NCBI GenBank assembly: GCA_038496445.1
Contig: JALMLS010000106.1
Coordinates: 1-37,255, forward strand
Direction: 5' to 3'
Origin: Trichosphaerium sp. ATCC 40318
Taxonomy: Eukaryota > Protista > Tubulinea
Length of the DNA stretch: 37,255 nt
Shown piece after piece: positions 1 to 10,449 of the stretch. The notes under the pieces were generated by a model, which did not search any database, was not told where the DNA came from, and was given only the letters and a program-made list of their open reading frames with translations. Each line of letters begins with the position of its first letter. The first letter of the stretch is position 1. The position numbers and the translations under genes are program-made.

Positions 1-626
1 TCAAACATGATCTGGGTCCTCTTCTCTCTAAAGTAACAATAGGTAAGCCAAAAACAACAACTTCTTTTTTCGGAATCTTTTCGAAAAAAAAAACAATAAA
101 AGTGTAAAGAACAGTTCCTGTGTACTTGTCTGCTTTTGTGGTCAATGGTGCTTCAGAGAGGAGAACTCGGTGATCTTCTGGTGTAACATGGAGTTCGTTG
201 AAGGCGGTATGCCATATTTTCTCCATATCGTCCCAGTTGGTTACAATACCACGTTCAATTGGGTACGTCAAGGTTTGAACGGCGCGTTTGGCTTGCGCTT
301 CTTTACTTACGTATGATTCCTCTTTTTCCTTGCTGTGAGCGACAACAGACGCGAAGATAGAACGTGGGCAGTCATCGCCAGAAAAACCAGCTTTACACAA
401 CCCGGATCCATTATCTACCACCAAAGCTTTTACTATGAATGAAATTAGAGCGTGTCCGTTGCGTTTGAGTAAAAACGGGAGTTTTAGCGTAAAACTATGC
501 TGACACGCGCATAAATGCTATAAAACAAGTTGTGGTTGCGTCACGTATGGTTATAACGCAATGAGGTTTTGTAATACCCGAAAGGGCCTGTTAAGGCTCT
601 TGTACCATACCATTATCGTCACACAT
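1..626 (-). CDS. Divergent actin / actin-related protein, 5' part (runs off window start)
   Basis: Spliced exons 626-611, 432-126 and ~27-1 read [117 protein letters not shown]. The actin signatures DNGSG and [18 protein letters not shown] are present; introns are GT-AG. Confidence 0.93.
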
Positions 627-1519
627 TTTAGTTTGTTGTTACGCTTGTTAGATTTTTGGTTTTCTGCTCTAGAAAATGTTACTTTTTAACCAAAAAACCA
701 TCAATTAGCCGTTCTGTTTTTAGCCGAAAAACTGTCATAAGATTGAACAAAAAGGCCAAATGAATTTAGCAAATAACACTATGGACGGTGTTGCATGGTT
801 CTTTAGGAGTAAACGTCATCAAAATAATGTTGACGCTCAGTTTTTGTTGCAATTGTTGAAGTGGTGGCACTGTACTTCTCGGCTACAACTTGAATTTTTA
901 ACCTGCTATGAGAGCTTACACGCACCTAAGTCCATCAGTTGTGGAATTCTTGTCTCTTTTTCAAGCTTATCTAGGCTCAAATTGGCCTATCTGACTCAAC
1001 AAGCACAGTGCTTTGTTGCTGCTACTACTGCAGGCACAACAGCAGATTATTTTCAAGAACTACACAGTAGGGAATGTTAGTTGGTGTGGGATGAAATACT
1101 ACGCTGGTTGATTGTAATAGCTGAATACGTGTTTCTAGTGATACACAAAAGAGAGAAAATAACGTTTCTCTGGAAAATATCACGTGTGACAAAAGGTTTG
1201 GGAGATTAGGTGTTCTGTATTTGCTCAATAGGTATTAACAGTGTATTGTTTAAGGATAGTTCATAGGTTGCTACAATACTGCATGGTAAAAAACTGTCGT
1301 TCATCTTGAGTCAATAAACGAATGTATGTAGTTATCTTATAGATTGCCTTGCGACTACCAAGACTCCATTGCTGTTTTAGTTAATTGTTAACTGAAAATA
1401 TCCTTCGGTCAAAAAAACTGTCATTCTCACGTTATGAGAATACTTGTTACCCTCCTTAATATCAATTACAATCTTCAACAACACACGCAACAACAACTCT
1501 ACAAATAACAACATAAAAA

Positions 1520-2605
1520 ATGAGTTACGACAAACCTGTTTACTTTAAGAACAAATGCACTGGTCTTGTATTCGAGACGAAACAAACTGGACAAATGGTG
1601 ACAAACAAAGAAGTGTGTGACATTATCCAAAGTACTCTGAAAGAAACCGACAATGCCAAACAGCTTTACAAGATTGAAAAATCGGATATTGTTGCTGGAA
1701 AACAAACATACAAGATCACTGCCTTCAACAACGATGTAAGTTGAATGTGTTAGTTTAATATAGTCGCAGCATACTAACAATACCTTAGGTTCTAGATATC
1801 TTCTATGGAGACAAAAAGGATGGTGCTCGCGCCATTACGTACTATTGGCATGGAAGTAATACTCAAAGGTGGTACATTGAAGACCATGAAGGATGTACGC
1901 TCCTAATTTCTGAATACACTTGTACCTTTGAACTAACTGTCTCTTTCAGACAAAGTAATCATCAACGTTAACTCTGGTAAATGTGTGGAAGTCCCAGGAT
2001 CAACAACCGAACAAGGCGCTGCTATTTTACAATTCACAAGCAACCATACCGATAACCAACTTTGGTCTATTCTCACTGAAGAACAAGCAAAGATCAAATC
2101 AGTCCCTGTTCCTTCTGATGCTGATACACCAACAAGCTGTATCGATCTACGCTATGCAACAGACTCTCCAAAATGGCGTCGTTATAAAACAACTTCTGTG
2201 TCATACGATGGTGTTGTACATGATCATCCACGTATTCAAATCCACTTTGATACCAAAGGTGACTATTTTTCAAAACATAGACTTGATGCTTTCTTTTTAA
2301 CATGGTTGTTTAGGGCATGTCATCGATAAGACAAGATCTGCTGAAGGCAAAAAAGTAATTGCATTATGCATAGAGACTAATTGTAAAATGCAAGTGTACG
2401 GTGTGAATCATTGGGCATGGCCTGGATCCAATGGAACCATTCAAGGTATGCTGTTTTTGACTCTACACTCGATTCTTAGTTCTGTTTTTCAGGTTTGTAT
2501 GTGTGGCCGGTTGACAAAGAACCAGAATGGACTTCTGCTAAGAGTACTGAAGTACTTAACTTCTTTGCTCCAGGTAGAACCATTGAAATTGGAGAAGTGG
2601 AATAA
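1520..2605 (+). CDS. Ricin-B (beta-trefoil) lectin domain protein with a C-terminal domain of unknown type; ~6 exons
   Basis: Exon 1 (1520-1735) splices to VLDIFYGDKKDGARAITYYWHGSNTQRW, then YKVIINVNSGKCVEVPGSTTEQGAAILQFTSNHTDNQLW. This gives three QxW-like motifs (KQLY, TQRW, NQLW). No signal peptide; last exon ends ...IEIGEVE* at 2605. Confidence 0.85.
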
Positions 2606-2923
2606 ACAGAGATAGACGTTGATACACGTACAATGTAATGTACTTCAATAAAATTCAGTAAACATTATGTTGTCAACAACTTATACACGAACTTCAGATT
2701 TGTTAAATCTACACTAGTTCTAGATATGAACATCAGACTTGCCTATACTAATAGGCCTCCATGAAGTAGTTCTTCAAGAGAGATTGAAATAGCTATAGTT
2801 GTTGTGTTGCTAGATTCGCCTGTCACACTACCTGAAAAAGGTTCAATAACACAGCGATATCCTAATTTAAAAGTTCTATTTACTTTATTGTGAGTACATT
2901 ACTTTTCATTACAAGTTTCAATT

Positions 2924-5900
2924 TTATTTGAGTGTACTCTCATACTTAGCAATTCGAGAAAGAAGTTCAGCAATTTGAGTATCTTTTTCTTTCAATTTTG
3001 TGCATTGCTCTTTCAATTTTGCATCTTTTTCTTCTAGTTGAGCACCTTGTTCTTCCAGTTTGGTATCTTTTTCCTTGATCTTATTTGATAATACTTGCAC
3101 TTGTAAATCATGTGCGCTCAATTGTTTTGGCTTGTTCAAATTTGTAGCTCCCCATAATTGCCTGTACATGTATATAAGGAACAAAGTAAATGCTGTGATT
3201 ACGTGTACCTGTTTTTCAACAAGTTCTCTTTGTCATCTGACAACTCATCATCGCTATCTGAGTTTGTTTCAAGTTCGATTTTCTTGGCACTCTCATCATC
3301 GGCAACGCTCTTTGGTGTCTTGGTTGTTTTTTTGTTTTTTGGGTTACTCTTTTTTGATTTGGTTGTATTACGTTTCCTTAGTTGCTTTACAACTTTAATT
3401 ATGTATCGTGCTACAGCTTGAACATCTAAAATGGAATGTTAGTACTTTGTATTTTGTAATGCAAGTTACTACAATTGACTGTTTTTTGGAATACCTTGTG
3501 CCACAACCAACTCATCACACACTGCCTCATTCACTTTGGCATTTGAAACTGCAATTCCAAGTTTGTCTACCAATGCGTAGTGACTCTGGTATCCTGGTTT
3601 TATTGGTTTACCATAAAAGTTATCATCATCAGTAGGCTTTTCTGTAGCCTATTACTGTTGTAAACAAATAAAAAGCTGAGGTAATGTTGGTGTACAGGAT
3701 ATACATTTCCGGGAGTGACTAGACTTAAAACAAGAGTCAATTCTCGATTTCCTGATGTATCATATGAGCAAGCATATTCAAGGCTACTCTAAACAATACA
3801 GGTTAAGAATAAATTAAGAAACATGTCCATGTACAGTAAAGTAAACACCCTGACCATAATACCCGCCATCTAAAGAACTCACAGTACCAAATCCAGCTTT
3901 TACAATACTCAAAGCAGCTTCAGGAGATGTACCATGAACCATCAATAAAATGGGTGACTGAAAACATGTAAGATGATTTAGGGTGAATGTCATTACCTGT
4001 TCTAAAGTGTTTGTACTTGGGCTGTTGTCATTAATCAGAGCGTTAAACCTCACAGCCACTGCTCTCTTATGACTGTCTTGTTTCCATTCGTCTTTACAAA
4101 ATAACTTTGGAAGTTCTCTAAATAGTAGGGTAAGCTCTTGTTTATAAAGAACCTGTAAGTTGTATTGGCGTTGAGTCAAGAGTGAGCTCTGTTGAGTTAA
4201 TAGAAACTTGTTGTTAAACGTACTGATGTCTGTGTTTCACTATTGTATTGTACATCCCAAAGTTACAAGTCAAGACATCATTGCATACAAGAAGTGCTTC
4301 TACAACAGTGACTCTATCATATCCAGGCATTTTTGATAGTTGTTGATGAAGAAACTCAAGTTCTCTCTTGGCCACAGTGTTGTCATCAAACAGATTCAAC
4401 GTTCTATAATCTGTTGCTTTTTCAACAGCACCCCTTGCAATAAAAGTTAGACAAAACAATTGTGAAAGAACACTGACTTATGTTAGATCTATTCCAGTAG
4501 TGCGCATACTGTAATCTTGGATTTAAGTCCCAGAAGGTTTCACTTTTTAATCCTTGAGTTTCAGCGTGTTAGTGTGACACTATTGAAAGGTGAGCTGTAC
4601 CTGCAAGTGTGTTACCAAGTACAAGATTTACAGAAGTAGGATTAATACTGTGTTCACAACCCTGGCACTCACACGCAAGCTTAGCAAATGACCATTTTCT
4701 AAGTTTCTGGAAGAAAGTTAATAACCAACTCTAGCACATAAATTACATGGTTTGGGTTATGTTCACCGGCACAATACTGACATAAAGCGACTCCTCTTTT
4801 GTTACAGTCATAGCACAGCAAGACTAGATAGTAACTTAAAAGAATGCATTGTATAAATTATCCTACGATTTTGCTTGGCTATTTTAAGTGAGTTTGTACA
4901 CCATCCTTCTTTTTTACATATCTCAATGCAACTGGGGTGTTTTGGATTGATCCACATATCCTCAGGTAAGTCGAATAATAGTCCCTCCATTAATTCCCCG
5001 TGCTGAATCCAGAAACTCTTTTAAAAAAAAGCTGTTATTTGAAAGTCAGAGATGAAAGACTGCCGTACCGAAGATTGTACAACTATGCGATCATATGTAC
5101 ATATTAAATAACAAATCCCTTTTTGTAATGCAAGTTTAAAATAAGATCGTGTTGGCTGTTATGATTACAATTAGTTTTACAAACTCTTTGAAAATGAAAT
5201 GACATACCAAGTATTGCAACCATTTTGCAAGATTGAGTCTCCATTGTGGCCTTTCTTCCATTGTTGCACAAGATAGCCATAGAGTGCTAGATTGCTTGCC
5301 ATTTAGCATAACTGTCAACACAGTTTCAAATACAGCAATGAATGAGGAATCATTATCAACAACACCTATTACTATCCTATTAAATAGCATCTTATTGTGC
5401 CATATATTTGTAGATAGTGAAATGGCTTTACTCATTTTCAATAACCTAACAAGAACAGAATTATGCCCATAATATGCTAAGAAAGGTTACAACAATTGCA
5501 TAATTTTGACAAATGGGTACCTGAAAGGTGGAGAGCTGTCAATCCATTGTTATTCTTTACTTCAATATTTGCACTAGAGCCAAGTAATATTTCTACAACT
5601 TTAATGTGCCCATTACGTGCTAAGAAACACAAGTTACATCAAGTATATTAACAGTAAGGTACCTGCTAAGAAGAGAGCTGTCCCACCATTGTTATTTTTT
5701 GCTTCGATGTCTGCATTTGAACCAAGTAATATTTCAACAACTTTACTATGGCCATCACGTGCTAAGAAGTGAGTTACATCTATCATTTCTTGACAACAAA
5801 ATGGTACCGGCATGATGAAGAGGTGTCCACCCATATATACCCCTTGCTTCAATATTTACTCTTTGACCAAGTAATACTTCTACAACTTTACTGTGTCCAT

Positions 5901-6963
5901 TACGTGCTAAGAAACAAGTTAGATATAAGTTATTATATATATATTAACAGTAAGGTACCTGCAAAGAGAAGAGCTGTCCATCCTTTGTTATTTTTTGCTT
6001 CGATATCTGCATTTGAATCAAGTAATATTTTAACAACTTTACTATGGCCATCACGTGCTAAGAAGTGTGAGTTACATCTACCATTTCTTGACAACAGAGG
6101 TACCGGCATGATGTAGAGGTGTCCACCCATCTATACCCCTTGCTTCTATATCTGCGTTTGATTCAAGTAATATTTCAACAACTTTACTATGGCCATCACG
6201 TGCTAAGAAGTGTGGTTACAGCTATCCATTTCTTTACAACAAGTAAGTACCAGCGTGATGGAGAGCTGTCCATCCATTGTTATTTTTTACTTTAATATCT
6301 GCATTTGAACCAAGCAATATATCAACAACTTTAATGTGTCCTTGACGTGCTACGAATTACAAATTACAACATTTGTACACTAAATACACTCAAGTACCTG
6401 CACGATGGAGAGGTGTGTATCCATCATTGTCTTTTGCTTCAATATCTGCATTTGAACTAAGTAATATTTCAACAACTTTAATGTGTCCATTACATGCTAG
6501 AGGTACAAGTTACATCAAATGTACATTGACAACAAAAAGGGTATTGACAACGATATAGTAAGTCACCTGCAAGATGCATAGCTGTCCGTCCATCACTGTT
6601 TGTATATTCAAGGTTGGTACCCTTATGTATACACAGTGTTGTAATAATAGCCAGACCATGTTGGGCTAAAATACAGTTTTATATTGTATGAGCGTATTGT
6701 ACATACCTGAGTACAATAGAATTGTCTCATCAAACTTTTCGTTACATAATCTGCTGTTTAGGTCATTTACTACAGATTGTCACAAGATATTAAAAGCCAT
6801 GTTAAGAGTAAGCGCACGTGTTGTAATACTTTCGTATTGTCTGCGAAGTATCGCCAATTCGTCTACATTGGAACTGTTAAATGCACACGTGAAAATATCA
6901 TGTTTCTTGTTACTAACCTTCTAACGATAGCGTTTCTTCTGTATGTTGTTTTTGTTCAGACAT
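2924..6963 (-). CDS. Ankyrin-repeat / UBR-box-like zinc finger / PARP-type ADP-ribosyltransferase protein, copy A (8 ankyrin exons)
   Basis: ATG at 6963 (MSEQKQHTEETLSLE). Eight 99-nt ankyrin exons at 5521-6665. Cys/His cluster CYDCNKRGVALCQYCAGEHNPNH...CECQGC. PARP motifs LLMVHGT, GYYGQGVYFT-SSLEYA and DELVVAQ. C-terminal heptads end at 2924. The spliced frame is open in all exons I translated. Confidence 0.9.
5521..6665 (-). repeat. Array of 8 one-ankyrin-per-exon cassettes (copy A)
   Basis: Exons 6567-6665, 6398-6496, 6251-6349, 6104-6202, 5959-6057, 5808-5906, 5663-5761 and 5521-5619 are each 99 nt, bounded by tag|C... and ...G|gt. Confidence 0.93.
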
Positions 6964-7789
6964 CAAGCGGTGTAACGTGTGCTAGATATTAGATAAAATA
7001 CTTTTATGTTTGCATGATATTCATTGATTTGTTTTGGGTCTGGTACAACACGTTAACTAAATGTTCAGTGATAACCCACAGTAACTCTGAAGGTGCTGTT
7101 CACCTAGCGAGGATGAAAGAACAGGCCTAAGTTGAAATGTGTGTTACCCAGTGATATTGAGTACAAAATCACAACTTTCAAACAAACTATTCTATCCACA
7201 TTTATATGTAACATGTTTTTGAAGAATAGTGACAACAAGTTATCTGACACATAACGCGTACTTCACTGATTAGTGACATGTAAAAATAACAAGAATTTTT
7301 TTTGACCACGTGTTACAAAATAAATACTTATTTAGGTTGTAAATTTTTGTCCGGCAAACAACTGTTGACTCGCAATGTAGTTGACAACAAAGCCATTTTC
7401 ATTTTCTGCTTATAGCAGAAACTTACTACAATTCTCAGTATGCAAACCAAAGTAGCAGGTAGCGTAAAAGGTTAATGGGATGCGTAACAGTAGATTCAAC
7501 TGACAATAAAACGATGTTGATCAAAGACGTGTACCACTTACAGATTTAGTTGGCGCACAACGTTCAAAGCTCTGTGACAATATTCTAGGTACGAAATGTC
7601 ATACGAGTATTTTCGTCTTAATGCTCATTTATAGGCTAGAAATGCTCAAAGCAAAGTGAATCTTACTCAAATAGTATCATTCATATTAGTTTGCCTTAAG
7701 GTTTCCTTAATTTTCCAAGGAGGATTGTGATAGAAAAGTCTAAAGACGACAGTTTTTGTTCAACATTTTATGTGACTATCTTTTTCGCA

Positions 7790-10177
7790 TTATGCGTTTG
7801 TGTACCTTCTGTTTCTTTGTTGTACTGTATACATCACACATCCAATAATAGCAAGAAGAGTTAATACTCCCAAAGCAGATAAGACAATATAAGCCGCTCC
7901 GAAATCTGTTAGGAAAAAAGTTAAAGTTTGATCTGTTAGCATAACTAACTACAAGAAAAAATCCGTACTGCTTCCTTTTGGTTTCTGTAAGTGACAATAA
8001 AATCCAGTGAATCCTGAGTAGCATGAGCATAATCCTAAGATTGTTAAGTTAGTGAAAAAACAATCAAAAGAAACGAAAAGAAAGGTTAGTTTTTTATCAC
8101 CTTTGTTAGCGCCGGTTATTTCGCATGAACCTGCATTACTACAATCAGAAGGGCATATAGTTTGTGTCCATATTATCCAATCCTGTGGTTTTTGAGCCGT
8201 AGGAGTATGCACAATATAAAACCACGTGCCAGACTAAAAAAACATGAAAAAAGTAAGAAGTTACAGTTTAAACTTAGTAACAAGTATCAGAGCGTTATTT
8301 GCAAAATACCTCAATTGAAAATGTATCTATAACGTAAACAATATTGCAATGTTCCTCTGTGCAACCTAATTTGACATAAATAAGCGCCCATATATTGAGT
8401 TAGAGTAACAGCTTTGCTTGTACAGAAAAAAACTGAGATCACCTTGTATGACATGATTGTACTCTTCAAGTGCTCCTATAGATGCACGAACAGTAGGCAT
8501 AGGTGAAAATCTGTGCTCAGGTGATATTGACATCCTATGATGTGACCCCAATTTTGATAGTGAAAAGTAGTATGTGGTATCAGGCTCCAAGGTCAAAACT
8601 TGAACTAGTAAATGTATCCTTAGCACGATAACGGTTTTTGTGCTGCCGGTAGAAAATAGAGGCAAAATACTTTTGGAATAAAAATAATCAACACGTGGTG
8701 TCAGGTCAAATGATAGATTTCTGATTGATATTTAATATGGCTGAATGTGGAAAGCAATTTGGTGCAAATAAAAAACAACGCAAGAAATAAAAGACGCTTG
8801 ATAGTACCTCCTTTTGCTTCGAGAATTGTTGGCTCTATAAACTGTTAGAAATCGAACATCAACATATTTATGAGCGCACGTATATCGCAGTTTATACCAT
8901 AAAAGCCTTCTTCGCACTCTTAAACAACATAATGTTAAATTTAAAGAAAAAAAGAATAGCAGCAAGTTCGGAGATTTACCTGTTGTAGTAATGTTAAAAG
9001 TGAAGTTAGACGGATTGTTTGGCTTCATTCCAATATACCAAGTATCAGGTACAGGACTACTAATTTCAACTTGTCCTACATTACAAATAGCATTCTACAC
9101 AATACATTGAATGAGCACCCACGTGGTGGTTAAAACAACTTTCAAACAAAAGTTTGTACCGAAGTTGCGTTTTCGAATACAGGAGACATTTCTCTGTTTG
9201 CACATAATAGAACATCACTTTCACTTGAATTGATCCTTGATTGTTGTAAGAATAAAATGTTAATAATTCTTTTTAAGGAGTACTCTGTAGAAACAGTGAG
9301 TTTAGAAACTCCAGGAGCTACGTTTAATCTTGAAATTATAGTATCATTAGCTGTCCCATTGAATCCAACTATTGGCTCTAAATAACAATTATTAGCACTT
9401 ACGAAAACTGAAAGCATTGTGATAATTGAGCTAATCTGTCACGTGTAGTTCGCGTTATATTTACTTTTTCAAATGAAAACTAAGACATACCAATACAATC
9501 ACTTGTTACGCCTGTGCCATTACATCTATCACCAGAAAAATAAAGAGATACCGTGTGCATGCTATTAATCGTGCTGCCACTGCATGCAAAACCAGTTGCC
9601 AAACGTCCACGGTGAAGGAAAAGCTTGAGTGAAACATCTTGGCTTACCTCCAAATTCAAAGTCAACACCGAATTGCTTTCATACGTTTACCTTAAATAAA
9701 TGCGTGCATGTATCAGTACTCCATTTTGATACCATAGGCAGAACCATATACGATTGAGAGAGGCATATCGTAAGATTGCACGTGGTCTCTAAACGTGGTA
9801 TGAATTGTCGTTGCCAAAAGCGTACTATTTACCAACATCCAAAACGGCCTCATCTATCAATAACGGTATTTGTGAAGGACCATTCTATAGTCAGCAGTTA
9901 AAATCACGTGTTTGATAGTTCGAGAATACCAAATAAGGATTTGAAGCCTCTAGAGTAATATTCGCAGCGTCAGGTCCTATTTACAAAGTTTTCAAAGCTA
10001 TCTTAAACATCGCAGAAAAACAACATCATGAAAAACCGCTTTGCACACGTGCCTTGCCAAGGAATCGCTTAAGGAGTGTGTTAGCATTTTTATTGTTAAC
10101 TAAACGTAGAAAGTGTTCGTACAACTTGCTAGCGTAGCAGACAAGTAAAAAGTGAGCACTACAACCACCCACGACAT
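7790..10177 (-). CDS. Type I membrane protein with signal peptide, EGF-like Cys repeats, one TM helix and a short cytoplasmic tail; multi-exon
   Basis: Signal peptide MSWVVVVLTFYLSATLASC from ATG 10177. EGF-like segments CEEGFYGINC and CPSDCSNAGSCEITGANKG/LCSCYSGFTGFYC. TM and tail AAYIVLSALGVLTLLAIIGCVMYTVQQRNRRYTNA*. Internal exon boundaries are only partly resolved. Confidence 0.75.
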
Positions 10178-10449
10178 TTGATACTACTTTTTCTGAATAA
10201 GACTTGAAAGTAAACGACTGTTTTTAGGACGAATTACAAGTACTAAAGATAACGGTGAACTAACTGATACGCATATATGTATTAGCCCTTCTTAAGAACT
10301 CTCAAAAAGGAACATGGATGCATCAAATGAATGAGTTACTGAGGACATAAATATCAGAAACAACTTTTTTTGTACAATTTTTTTCTTTTTATTACTTGAC
10401 TTTACACCGCATGATTGTTCCTTCCTTTTTACTGTATCGTCAAATCAAC

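Noticed and set aside
760-1228. ORFs of 106 and 67 aa between the actin and lectin genes
   Set aside because: No recognisable motif or consistent splice model; treated as intergenic.
5521-6665. Regular ~145-bp periodic repeats resembling a CRISPR array or satellite (also 19022-20278 and 27583-28538)
   Set aside because: The conserved parts are 99-nt ankyrin-coding exons and the spacers are GT-AG introns; there are no cas genes and the context is eukaryotic.
2924-6963. Ank-PARP copies as transposons, or as true tankyrase orthologues
   Set aside because: No transposase or RT, terminal repeats or target-site duplications are seen. There is no SAM domain, and the catalytic region lacks the tankyrase zinc motif, so no gene symbol was assigned.
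6688-6992. Near-identical + strand ORFs at 6688/6777 and 28564/28653 suggesting a conserved small gene
   Set aside because: They are antisense shadows of the 5' exons and introns of copies A and C; the identity reflects duplication or conversion.
7086-7126. CTGAAGG...cct-agcg-agg...GAAA with a ctgttc/gaacag stem, hammerhead-like
   Set aside because: The core does not match CUGANGA, stem II is not adjacent to it, and the UH cleavage site is absent.
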